Below are positions 28,364 through 38,003 of a DNA stretch of 64,000 bases, piece after piece; within the stretch, counting starts at the first letter, position 1, and every line of letters begins with the position of its first letter. Below the pieces are notes generated by a model. It was not told the DNA's origin, searched no databases, and worked only from the letters and a program-made list of their open reading frames with translations. This stretch comes from an uncultured Thermoproteaceae archaeon. Its GTDB lineage: Archaea > Thermoproteota > Thermoprotei > Thermoproteales > Thermocladiaceae. The position numbers and the translations under genes were made by a program. The DNA is taken from positions 64,001 to 128,000 of the forward strand of contig CAZNTG010000006.1 of NCBI GenBank assembly GCA_964575955.1, read 5' to 3'.

Positions 28364-30004
28364 GTGTTATCACTTCAATCTCTACTTAACAAAGTTGGAG
28401 TTGAAATATCGCCAGACATAGTAAATAGGATTAGAGAACTTTCAAGAGAAAGAGAGTTGAAAAAGGGTGATGAATTCCCAATACCTGCAGGAACGTTAAT
28501 AGCAATACTTGACGGTATAGTTGAGATAAATGGAGAATTAAACTGTGTTGGAGATTTACTATACTGTGAAGATACTATAGATTTAAAATGTATAAGTAGT
28601 AATTGTGTATTGTTAGAGATAGATAAAGAGGTAATGTCTATAATACCAGAAAATATTAGAGATAAATTAATAAGATTTTCAAAAGTTATTAAAAGTGAGG
28701 AATACATACCTGTAAAACTATTTGTAAAGAGAATACCAATAACACTTAAGAAAGATGCAACATTGATAGAAGCTGCTAGGATAATGTATGAGAAGGGTAT
28801 TAGCTCTGTAATACTTGTAGACGATGAAGATAGACCAATAGGAATAGTTACAGATTCAGATTTAAGAAGAGCACTTGCACTTGGTGTAGATCCAAAAACT
28901 AGATTAGGAGAATTTAGTTTAAAACAGGTATATGTAGCTCAAGAAGATGAACCACTAAATATAGCTCTTGAGAGAATGCTTGTACATGGTGTTAAACATC
29001 TAGTAATTGTTGATAATAATGGTAGAGTTAGTGGAATGGTAACTGCTAGAGATCTACTAGATGCATATACTGCAGTTCCACTAGCTCTCTTAAGAGAACT
29101 TCAGAGAGATTTAACTGTAGATGATGTGAAAACAACATATTCAAGAATAATAAAACAGGTAATAAATGTATCTAAAGAACGTAGTATAGATATTTTAGAA
29201 TTTTCAAGAATATTCTCAATAGCTAAGATATTGCTAATACGTAAATTATTAGAAATTGAGTGCAAAGCTATTCAGGAAGAGTGTACAGTATTTATAGAAA
29301 TACCACTAGCAACATATAGTCATGTTATTGGTGAACCTGTAAGACTATACATAATATCTGAAAGTTATGAAAAGATAAGTGATCAAGTACTTAGACTTAG
29401 AACTGACATATCGAGAATTCCAGATGTAAGTGAGACCTTAAGTGTAGAGACATATACTTATGAAGATGTTAAGAATAATGTAGAGTTATTAACAAATATT
29501 GAAGTATTTTCAAGATATTTATGGGGTAGTAAGTTTAGTATCGATATTAATGATGAGATATATGCAAACATCATGCGAAGATTAGCAAGAATATGTGCTG
29601 AAATTGAAATACCTCTAGACATGTTTGGTAAGATAAAAGTGAAGACTTTAGACATTGCTAGACATATAGTAATTCCACTAGAGAGAATGTTAGCAATGCT
29701 ACACTACGTATGTATGGGTAGTCGTGTAAAAGTTAGACCACATAGAGCAATACATATGCTTCATGAGAGAGGACATATAACAGAGGAAATTGTTGAAGAT
29801 CTATTCTTCATATACTTCCAAATTAAGAATCTACTAATTAAGACATGTGTAAACAACTACCTAACTAGAGGTGAGATAAGTACTGAAGTTAAGATTGATG
29901 AAATACCTGACACTGAGCTAGATATAATTCGTAGAGGATTGAGAGTGTTGAAGGAGTTGAAAGAGAGGACTCTCTCAATAATAACTAGGTATGTTGTTGT
30001 GTAA
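28364..30004 (+). CDS. cNMP-binding-like/CBS-pair/DUF294-like protein
   Basis: Cupin-like N-terminus (ILDGIVEI...VGDL), CBS pair (GIVTDSDL, GMVTARDL), helical C-terminus resembling DUF294_C. Confidence 0.7.
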   Translation: MLSLQSLLNKVGVEISPDIVNRIRELSRERELKKGDEFPIPAGTLIAILDGIVEINGELNCVGDLLYCEDTIDLKCISSNCVLLEIDKEVMSIIPENIRDKLIRFSKVIKSEEYIPVKLFVKRIPITLKKDATLIEAARIMYEKGISSVILVDDEDRPIGIVTDSDLRRALALGVDPKTRLGEFSLKQVYVAQEDEPLNIALERMLVHGVKHLVIVDNNGRVSGMVTARDLLDAYTAVPLALLRELQRDLTVDDVKTTYSRIIKQVINVSKERSIDILEFSRIFSIAKILLIRKLLEIECKAIQEECTVFIEIPLATYSHVIGEPVRLYIISESYEKISDQVLRLRTDISRIPDVSETLSVETYTYEDVKNNVELLTNIEVFSRYLWGSKFSIDINDEIYANIMRRLARICAEIEIPLDMFGKIKVKTLDIARHIVIPLERMLAMLHYVCMGSRVKVRPHRAIHMLHERGHITEEIVEDLFFIYFQIKNLLIKTCVNNYLTRGEISTEVKIDEIPDTELDIIRRGLRVLKELKERTLSIITRYVVV

Positions 30005-30010
30005 AAATAT

Positions 30011-30922
30011 ATGGTTAAGATTGGAATACTTACAAGAAATCCAAATGGATGGGCAACACAACAACTTAGAAAAGCCGCACTCGAACTTGGATATCAAATA
30101 ACAACATTTAGATTTAGAGATCTATCAGTTAAGATTGAGAGTGATAATGTAGAAGTATATTTTAGAGACACTAAGTTGAAAGATGTTGTAGATATTGTAC
30201 TTGTAAGACCAATAGGTAAGTGTAGTCTTGAACAGGCAATATATAGGATGGATCTACTACACTTAATTAAAGAACTTGGAATATATGTTATAAATGATCC
30301 TAAAAGTATAGAAATTGCAATTGATAAATTTAGAACATTATACATACTTGCTTTAAATGGGTTAAAAGTTCCATATACAATCGTTACAGAGAATGAGTAT
30401 AGGATATATGATGTTGATAAAATTCCTGAAAGATTAATTATAAAACCTCTATTTGGATCGAGAGGACATGGAGTATTTAGCATATCTAATATGGGTAATG
30501 TAGAATATTTTAGAGATTTTATATGGAGAATATGTTTCTACCTAACTAGTATGAGGAGTGTAGTATATATTCAAGAACAGGTATCTACAAAAGGTGAAGA
30601 TTATAGACTTCTAGTAGTTGGTGATAGAGTTATAGCTGGTATGTTAAGAAAGTCTGAGGTTGGTTGGAAAACTAACATATCTGTAGGTGGTAAACCAATA
30701 CCTCTCAAGAAAATTCCTAAAGAAGTTGAAGATATGGCATTAAAGGCTTGTAAAATTATTGGTTGTGAAATTGCTGGTGTTGATATAATTAGAGGTGATG
30801 ATGATAATTACTACATACTTGAACTAAATACTCAACCTGGCTGGAGAGGTCTTCAACAATGTACTAATATTGATATTGCGAAAGAAATTATAAATTACTT
30901 AGCTGAGAAAGTTAAGAAATGA
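30011..30922 (+). CDS. RimK-family ATP-grasp alpha-L-glutamate ligase (MptN/CofF-like)
   Basis: DKFRT, IKPLFGSRGHG, DYRLLVVG, WKTNISVGG, AGVDI, ELNTQPGWRGLQ; 4-nt overlap with ftr. Confidence 0.88.
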   Translation: MVKIGILTRNPNGWATQQLRKAALELGYQITTFRFRDLSVKIESDNVEVYFRDTKLKDVVDIVLVRPIGKCSLEQAIYRMDLLHLIKELGIYVINDPKSIEIAIDKFRTLYILALNGLKVPYTIVTENEYRIYDVDKIPERLIIKPLFGSRGHGVFSISNMGNVEYFRDFIWRICFYLTSMRSVVYIQEQVSTKGEDYRLLVVGDRVIAGMLRKSEVGWKTNISVGGKPIPLKKIPKEVEDMALKACKIIGCEIAGVDIIRGDDDNYYILELNTQPGWRGLQQCTNIDIAKEIINYLAEKVKK

Positions 30923-31878
30923 TCACAATTGATGAAGTTTTAAGTAAGATAGATGACACGTTTGCTGAAGCATTTCCAATGTATGTGTCTAGAGTATTAG
31001 TCACTGCTGATAGTAGGAAGTGGGCACTTATAGCTGGTAAATTAGCTACAGGTTTTGCAACATCAATAATATTATCACCATGTGAAGCAGGTATTGAAAA
31101 GCTTGTAAGTTCAAAATCAACACCTGATGGTAGGGTTGGAGTATTATTACAATTTTGGCATAGTGATCTAACAAATCTAAAACTTCAACTGATATTAAGA
31201 TTAAGTCAGGTGGTCTTGACATGTCCAACAACTAGAGTATTTGATGGTCTTCCTAAAAGTAGAAGAAAATTCACAATTGGTAAAAGTATTGCAAGATTTG
31301 GAGATGGATTTGAATATGAAGCTGAGATTTTTGGAAGAAAAATGTGGATTATACCTGTAATGGATGGAGAATTCATGATTGAAGATAAGGTAGGAGTAGT
31401 TAAGGGTGTTGCAGGTGGTAACATAATCATACTAGGAAAAGATAGGAGAGGTACACTAGAAGCTGCGTATAGAGCAGCAAGAGCAATTCAAAGAGCAGGT
31501 CTTAGAGTAATACTTCCATTCCCAGGTGGAGTATGTAGAGCAGGTTCAAAACCTGGATCTAGAGTATATAAGAAGGTTAAAGCTACAACAAATCACCCGT
31601 TCTGTCCAACACTAAAAGATAAGATACAAGATACGAAACTTACAAAAGATGTTGAATGTGTATATGAGATAGTCATAAATGGACTTACTGAAAGAGATGT
31701 AAAAATTGCAATGGGTATAGCAGCAATAGTAGCATCAAAACATGAATCAGTGATTAAGATTACATGTGGAAACTATGGAGGAAAATTAGGACCATACAAG
31801 ATATTTCTAAAAGATGCTATTAAGGAAGCATTAGAAAACTATAGAGATTTACTAAATAGACTTACAACCTTAACATAA
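30919..31878 (+). CDS. ftr: Formylmethanofuran--tetrahydromethanopterin N-formyltransferase
   Basis: IDDTFAEAF, ATGFATS, CEAGIE, TPDGR, VLTCPTT, GVAGGN, GSKPGS, GNYGGKLG. Confidence 0.95.
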   Translation: MITIDEVLSKIDDTFAEAFPMYVSRVLVTADSRKWALIAGKLATGFATSIILSPCEAGIEKLVSSKSTPDGRVGVLLQFWHSDLTNLKLQLILRLSQVVLTCPTTRVFDGLPKSRRKFTIGKSIARFGDGFEYEAEIFGRKMWIIPVMDGEFMIEDKVGVVKGVAGGNIIILGKDRRGTLEAAYRAARAIQRAGLRVILPFPGGVCRAGSKPGSRVYKKVKATTNHPFCPTLKDKIQDTKLTKDVECVYEIVINGLTERDVKIAMGIAAIVASKHESVIKITCGNYGGKLGPYKIFLKDAIKEALENYRDLLNRLTTLT

Positions 31879-32393
31879 TCATCTAACGTATCAATATCAA
31901 TAATATCGTTAAGATCAAATATTGGTAAACTAGTCCAAGATAGCTCTTTACCAAAAATACACCTATCAGCATATACTAGACTAACATTACTAACACTACC
32001 ATCAACATAGCATAATGTAACGATATTGTAGTTAGATATCTTTAATGCATATTCTAGTGCTTTTATAAATTTTTCAAAGTTTATTATTACACAATCTCCA
32101 TTAACTATAAGTATTGGTTTTCTAATTATCGTGTTAATACACATACACATGTCAATACAGTAGTCAACTCCTGACATGACTATTATATCTACATACTCAT
32201 ATTTTCTCAATAATTCTATTAATCTTCTATGTCTTACAGATGTTAATACTACAATACTCTTGAATATATTTTTAAGTGTTTCAATTAAATATTCTATTAT
32301 TGTTTTATCTCCTATCTTTAGTAGATGTTTTTCAGGATTTCTTAATCTACTTCCTGATCCTCCAGCCATTATTACTACAATATTCAATCCCAC
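31839..32393 (-). CDS. NTP transferase (MobA/CobY-like)
   Basis: IMAGGSGSRL..EKHLL, NGD, DIDTLDD. Confidence 0.75.
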   Translation of the reverse strand: MGLNIVVIMAGGSGSRLRNPEKHLLKIGDKTIIEYLIETLKNIFKSIVVLTSVRHRRLIELLRKYEYVDIIVMSGVDYCIDMCMCINTIIRKPILIVNGDCVIINFEKFIKALEYALKISNYNIVTLCYVDGSVSNVSLVYADRCIFGKELSWTSLPIFDLNDIIDIDTLDDYVKVVSLFSKSL

Positions 32394-33592
32394 TTTCTTC
32401 TCAATTTTAGAAGATTTCTAGACATATCTTTAGGATATTTTGATAGTATTTTAGCAGCAGTACACATGTATAATGCTGTTTTTAAATCTTCTATAGAATT
32501 TCTAGTTTTTACACTAGCCTCAGTTGTTAATATTAGATCAATCTCAAGTTCTACAGCGATTGCTGAGAGAAGAGCATAAACACCATGAGGATCAACATCC
32601 ATCAACTCTACAACATTTCCAAAACCCATCAGGATCGGTCTATCTTTAAATAGTTCTCTAATATTTACATATCTACATATTGATTTTGATAAGTTGAATA
32701 TTGGAGGCTTAAGTAGAGGATCAATTATAGGTATAGCACCTCTAGATTCTAAATACTTAGAACAATATTCAAAATATGAATGTAGATAATTAATATCATC
32801 AGAATCTCTATCAGGAATTACGACAACACCAACATCTTTAATATTAAAATTCAACTTATCTAACATTCCTCTAGTAATACTTAAAATAAGGTCAACACCA
32901 GCTCTAACTCCAGCTTCAATTTCCTGTATCGATAAGGAGTCAACACTTATACCAACATTATCAGGAATCTCTCTGGATAACTCTCTAACAACTTCATATA
33001 CTCTAGCTGGATTAGGACTACCAGCAACACATCCAACATCTATAATAGAGGCACCTTCATCAACATATTTTAAAGCAATTTCAACACATGTATTTAGATT
33101 TATTCTAGTTGCATCAACAATCTCAGCAATTATTAGAGGAGGTAAACCATTAACTCTAAATCTAGATCTTCTACCAAACTCAGCTCTATAATATCTAACT
33201 CTATATGAGTTCTCTATAACAAAACTCTCAATGTATTCCTGATACTTAGATATTTTCTCATATAAATTTTTAATATCTCTAGGTATATCATTACAGTACT
33301 TTAAATACATTAATAATGCTGGAATATCACTAACATGTTTTAGATATATTACAGGTACATTATCTACTTTTATACTAAATCCATATGGAACTATCACTAG
33401 GTCAAACCTATCTTTAGAAATTTCTTTTCTAACAATATCTTCAATATACTTATCTGATAGAAATGATATTAATCCACCAGTCATGTTTAGATATTTCAAC
33501 TCTACATCACTTGGAAATATCTCTGGAAAAATATTTCTCAATTTCTCAAGAACTTCAATTCCAAACCTACCTGTAACTACTAGAATCTTCAT
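32384..33592 (-). CDS. Dihydropteroate synthase-like protein (methanopterin-pathway type)
   Basis: MKILVVTG, IIAEIVDA, GASIIDVG, ISVDSL, GFGNVVELMDVD, TTEASVKT, YPKD. Confidence 0.85.
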   Translation of the reverse strand: MKILVVTGRFGIEVLEKLRNIFPEIFPSDVELKYLNMTGGLISFLSDKYIEDIVRKEISKDRFDLVIVPYGFSIKVDNVPVIYLKHVSDIPALLMYLKYCNDIPRDIKNLYEKISKYQEYIESFVIENSYRVRYYRAEFGRRSRFRVNGLPPLIIAEIVDATRINLNTCVEIALKYVDEGASIIDVGCVAGSPNPARVYEVVRELSREIPDNVGISVDSLSIQEIEAGVRAGVDLILSITRGMLDKLNFNIKDVGVVVIPDRDSDDINYLHSYFEYCSKYLESRGAIPIIDPLLKPPIFNLSKSICRYVNIRELFKDRPILMGFGNVVELMDVDPHGVYALLSAIAVELEIDLILTTEASVKTRNSIEDLKTALYMCTAAKILSKYPKDMSRNLLKLRRKWD

Positions 33593-34521
33593 ATGAAGTA
33601 TGTTATAATTTTCTCAATCAATCTTCTTCCAAAAATCTTAACATTACCATAACCATAGACAGTAACTTGTGATACTGAAAACATCTCTATTGGAGCTTTA
33701 AGTAGAAATTCAGAGCCATAAGTTTTTACAAGTTCTATAAACGGTTTAGCATCTTCACTTGTTACACATCTGCTTAAAATATTTTCAACATCTTCTACAG
33801 TATCTTCATTTAGTAGTATTGATACAGTACCTGTATATCTAATTGAGTCATTACATGCAGCTATATTTGTAATATAGTCTTCTCTGACTGGTGGAATAAT
33901 ACAGGTCCCAATACCTGAATTTACTACGTCTAGATTTACATTATCTAAAATTCTCATTAATAAAACTTCAATAACTCTAGAACATATTTGCACCATCCCA
34001 GACATAGATTTTGATGATGTTAATATTATGTATATCTTATCATTCTGTATATTTGACATAATTTTATCTATAACATCTCTAGAAGGTTCTGATGGTGGTA
34101 TACACTCTACTATGTATATAGGCTTCCATTCAAAATCTTTAACATAACTTTCTAACTTCTCAAAGAATTTTCTAGGTTTTCTCAAAAGTACTTTTCCAGG
34201 TCCTGATATGTAGCATGTAGATTCACCACACTTTAAAGCCCATGTTGCTGATTGTGAACATAGACATGCTGTTACTGGATTGTCTGTAGTTATGTTGATC
34301 TGTAACATTGGTATGTTTTTCTCATGTATAATCTCTATATTAACTTCTGAGAGATTGTTCATAGATATTTCAGATATAATCTTACCAACTTCCAATCCTG
34401 TTTTTGTTACAATTCCTGTATCGATTATATATGCTCTATCTATCTTCTTTACATGTATTCTCAATCTATCTGACTCAGCTATAAGTTTTTCAACTAAATC
34501 TACTACATCTCCACATTTCAT
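33589..34521 (-). CDS. mch: Methenyltetrahydromethanopterin cyclohydrolase (divergent)
   Basis: TDNPVTACLCSQSATW, SGPG, GMVQICSRVIE, NDSIRYTG, KPFIE. Confidence 0.8.
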   Translation of the reverse strand: MKCGDVVDLVEKLIAESDRLRIHVKKIDRAYIIDTGIVTKTGLEVGKIISEISMNNLSEVNIEIIHEKNIPMLQINITTDNPVTACLCSQSATWALKCGESTCYISGPGKVLLRKPRKFFEKLESYVKDFEWKPIYIVECIPPSEPSRDVIDKIMSNIQNDKIYIILTSSKSMSGMVQICSRVIEVLLMRILDNVNLDVVNSGIGTCIIPPVREDYITNIAACNDSIRYTGTVSILLNEDTVEDVENILSRCVTSEDAKPFIELVKTYGSEFLLKAPIEMFSVSQVTVYGYGNVKIFGRRLIEKIITYFI

Positions 34522-35372
34522 TCTATCGGTTCTAATAATTTTTCTAGAGGTTTTATAATGTGTATGTTATGTTCATAATTTATTATCAATCTTCCTCTAC
34601 TTTCCATCAATACATCACCTATGAATATTGCAAACCTACCTTCAATCTTCCTACCTTTAAACTTTATTCCGCTAACTATCGAGTCTATGTAGAAGCTTGG
34701 TAATATTTCTTCAACTTTGCCTAAAATTATTATTCTACCACCAGACATTCTAGCTCCAGGGTATATGCCTGCATTTCCCATTATCAGGATATTTCCACCC
34801 TTCATACCATATCCAGCGAAGTCGTTTACATTACCTTCAATTATTATATCACCACTCTTCATACCATGACCTATGAATGATTCTGCATTTCCATGTATAA
34901 TTATTGTTCCACCTCTCATACCATGACCATACATCATCCCTATCAACTTACCTCCAACAAATGAGCCAGCATTACCGTAGACCTCTATCTTTCCATTCTT
35001 CATTAGTGAGCCTAGATAGTGATCTGCATCTCCATAGATTACTAATTCACCACCACGCATTCTATATCCTGCTAATGGGCCAACACTACCTCTAACTTCG
35101 ATTTTTCCAATACTCATTCTATATCCAACATATCTTAATCTTCTAGTTCCATCTCCTTCAAATATTATATCAATACCTTCTTTATCTTCCTCGATCCAAT
35201 ATTCAATATCAAATAATTCTTCAACTCCTGATTTTCTATTTCCAATCCATATCTGCAATTCTCTCAATACTTCTTTAATATCTCTATTGATAAATTTGTC
35301 TGGAATTATTTGTCTTACTTCAACAGGAACTTTAGGATCTTCTTTAAATTTAAATTTTATTACAATCTTCAT
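34518..35372 (-). CDS. fwdC: Formylmethanofuran dehydrogenase subunit C
   Basis: Repeated GxxMxxGxIxIxG beta-helix units; ILPSF; FIGD. Confidence 0.9.
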   Translation of the reverse strand: MKIVIKFKFKEDPKVPVEVRQIIPDKFINRDIKEVLRELQIWIGNRKSGVEELFDIEYWIEEDKEGIDIIFEGDGTRRLRYVGYRMSIGKIEVRGSVGPLAGYRMRGGELVIYGDADHYLGSLMKNGKIEVYGNAGSFVGGKLIGMMYGHGMRGGTIIIHGNAESFIGHGMKSGDIIIEGNVNDFAGYGMKGGNILIMGNAGIYPGARMSGGRIIILGKVEEILPSFYIDSIVSGIKFKGRKIEGRFAIFIGDVLMESRGRLIINYEHNIHIIKPLEKLLEPIE

Positions 35373-36559
35373 TTTTCAAAAAATGTTGATATTCTTCTAA
35401 TAGCTTCTTCAATTCTTTCAGGACTCTCTTTTGCGAAACACATCCTTACATGATATCTACCTGCTGAACCAAATGCAGAACCGGGAACTACTGCTACATG
35501 TACTTCTTCTAGTAGTCTATTTACAAATACTTCATCATCAATGTTTATCTTTTTCATATAGTTTGATAGATCTACAAACATGAATAATCCAGCTCTAGCT
35601 TTTACAGTCTTAGCTTCAGGTAGATATTTTAATATTGCTTGATACATTCTATCTCTTCTCTCTCTATATATTGGAATCACTTCCTGTAAATATTTAGATT
35701 TGTATTTTGTTACAAATAGTTTTGCTGCATATTGTGCTGGTGTTGGTGGATTTAGATTTACATACTGTATAACTCTTCCTAACTCTTTAACTATACTTTC
35801 ATGAGCAACTACATATCCAAGTCTCCACCCTGGAAGTGCAGCACCTTTAGACATTGTGTTTAGTGCAATTACATTTTCAAGATCTCTTCTAACTATGTAA
35901 TTATGCTCACCCTCGTAGTATAGTTCTCTATATGCTTCATCGTAGATTATGTAGAATTTATAATCTATAGCAAGATCTAGAATAGTCTTCACAAGTTCTT
36001 CACTAGCTACCCTACCTGTTGGATTATCAGGATTTACAAATATTAACATCTTAGTTTTTCTTGAAACTGCATTTTTAACATCTTCAATATCTGGTTCATA
36101 GTTATTATTAACAGATACAGGAATATCAACAACTTTAGCTCCAAAATACTCGGCTAATGGTCTATATAGCAGATATTCTGGATTAAATATTACAACTTCA
36201 TCACCTTCATCTATAAGTAGCATATATATTGCAAGTATTGCCTCACTAGAACCTGTTGTAAGTATTATATTTTCAATACCAATACTAGACTTACTATCTC
36301 TAGAGTAGTCCTCAGCTATTGCCTGTCTAACATCCTCAAGACCCATAGATGGTGTATATCTACTAAAGTTGAATGAGTCTCTCAACATCAAATCCTTCAA
36401 CTCCTCTAACAGCTCTCTACTTGGAGGAAGACCAGGTTGACCAATATGTAGTTCATACACATCTATACCAGTCTTCTTCAATTTAGCAACTTCAGATACT
36501 AGAAGTCTAATTTTAGAGCCAGGAAGTATATTCGCTTTTCGTGATAATGTTAATGGCAC
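35369..36559 (-). CDS. Class I/II PLP-dependent aminotransferase
   Basis: HIGQPG, NPDNPTG, DEAY, MSKGAALPGWRLG; 4-nt overlap with fwdC. Confidence 0.92.
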   Translation of the reverse strand: MPLTLSRKANILPGSKIRLLVSEVAKLKKTGIDVYELHIGQPGLPPSRELLEELKDLMLRDSFNFSRYTPSMGLEDVRQAIAEDYSRDSKSSIGIENIILTTGSSEAILAIYMLLIDEGDEVVIFNPEYLLYRPLAEYFGAKVVDIPVSVNNNYEPDIEDVKNAVSRKTKMLIFVNPDNPTGRVASEELVKTILDLAIDYKFYIIYDEAYRELYYEGEHNYIVRRDLENVIALNTMSKGAALPGWRLGYVVAHESIVKELGRVIQYVNLNPPTPAQYAAKLFVTKYKSKYLQEVIPIYRERRDRMYQAILKYLPEAKTVKARAGLFMFVDLSNYMKKINIDDEVFVNRLLEEVHVAVVPGSAFGSAGRYHVRMCFAKESPERIEEAIRRISTFFEK

Positions 36560-36616
36560 ATATCTACATTTCTTAAAGAATTCATAAATATTCTCACCTA
36601 CATCTTGAATTAGGTT

Positions 36617-37153
36617 ATGAAGGTAGAAATAGATAATTATACTATAATCATCAAACCATTACTCATATATGCAGATAAGCTAGATAGAGTATGTATTGAA
36701 AATATATTAAAAAATATTAGAACAAAATATACACACATATTCATAAATCCACATAGAGTATTAGATCATAGACAAGTAATCTATAGCATAGTTCAAAGTA
36801 TTAAGAATAGAAGTATAGGTATTGAAATTGCAAGAAAGATAGAGCTAGACATACTTGGATATATATGTTGTACAGATCAAATTAAGAATATAGTTGAAAA
36901 ATGTATAGAAGATTATAATGGAAAACTACTACTAATATCATACTGCATGAATTGCAATGAAGAGGATCTATTAAGAGAACAATACAATATTCTAGACAAC
37001 ATATCTAAACTATGTGACACATCTATAGTAGACTTAGCTATATGTTTCTCATGTTATAAAATTGTGAAATTATCTGAATATTGTAATGATGTTAGTGATG
37101 TTATGGATTTTATGGAGAAGATTGTTGAGATGTTGTTAAGAAGAGTTGAATAG
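36617..37153 (+). CDS. cgi121: KEOPS subunit Cgi121-like protein
   Basis: IARKIELDILGYICCTDQIK resembles the Cgi121 motif. Confidence 0.65.
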   Translation: MKVEIDNYTIIIKPLLIYADKLDRVCIENILKNIRTKYTHIFINPHRVLDHRQVIYSIVQSIKNRSIGIEIARKIELDILGYICCTDQIKNIVEKCIEDYNGKLLLISYCMNCNEEDLLREQYNILDNISKLCDTSIVDLAICFSCYKIVKLSEYCNDVSDVMDFMEKIVEMLLRRVE

Positions 37154-37156
37154 TTT

Positions 37157-37675
37157 TTATGATAGTGATATTTTAAGTAGTGAGAATATGTCATCTTCTT
37201 TAATTACTGAGATACCTGTCTTTGAAGGAAACATGTCTATTAGAAGTATCTTATCTGGATTATCTAACTTAACTTTACGTTTTATTTGACGTGCTATGTA
37301 ATCTATAATCTCCATTCTATGATATTGAACACCTCTCTTTCTAACTTCAATACGATATGTTTCATCTTCTCTAATTTTCTCATGTGCAAGTTCTACAGCT
37401 TTCTCTTTAATTTTTTCAAGATCTGTAATAACAACTTCCTGAATTGGGACAACTTTCAGTATAAATCTTGGAACATACTGTTGAGATATTACCAAATCTT
37501 TCAATCTCTTACAAAACTCTACAGGATCGTACTCAACTTTAGCAGTTATTAAACCATCAAAACCTGTAAACCAAGTATCTGAAAGCTCTACACCTAACAG
37601 ATCACATACATATCTCAATTCTTGAATACATAAACCTTCTCTTCTCCTTCCTGTAGAGATTACTAGATTAAACAT
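37157..37675 (-). CDS. THUMP-domain protein
   Basis: FNLVISTGRRRE, KVVPIQ, YRIEVRKRG, KVKLDNPDKIL. Start set at ATG 37675 below a TATA box. Confidence 0.88.
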   Translation of the reverse strand: MFNLVISTGRRREGLCIQELRYVCDLLGVELSDTWFTGFDGLITAKVEYDPVEFCKRLKDLVISQQYVPRFILKVVPIQEVVITDLEKIKEKAVELAHEKIREDETYRIEVRKRGVQYHRMEIIDYIARQIKRKVKLDNPDKILLIDMFPSKTGISVIKEDDIFSLLKISLS

Positions 37676-37865
37676 TGCTGTAAAAGCAGTAGAAGGATTT
37701 ATATACTTAAACACGTGCAAGAAATACTAAAATAGTGAATATATCTCAAATATGTACGTTAGGTACAGTAGATTTAGCCTGTATAGTCCAGATGTATCTA
37801 GTAATCCGAAACTTTCACAAATATATTTGGTAATGCTTTAAATCCTAGCAAATTCTTTCGTAATA

Positions 37866-37970
37866 ATGCCTATCCTCTCAGAAGTATATCTAATGGAAGA
37901 GGAGATATGGGAAGAGGAAGAAGAGGAGGAGTGGGAAGAGTTTGAAGAAGAGTGGGAAGAAGAGTTCTAA
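37866..37970 (+). CDS. Small Glu/Trp-rich acidic peptide (34 aa)
   Basis: MPILSEVYLMEEEIWEEEEEEEWEEFEEEWEEEF*; CTTTAAAT box ~25-30 nt upstream; T-run downstream. Confidence 0.6.
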   Translation: MPILSEVYLMEEEIWEEEEEEEWEEFEEEWEEEF

Positions 37971-38003
37971 ATAGGTGAATAATCTAATAAAAAGTCAATT
38001 TTT

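Noticed and set aside
37866-37970. LysW/ArgW carrier protein
   Set aside because: No zinc-finger cysteines and no C-terminal EDWGE; kept only as an unknown peptide.
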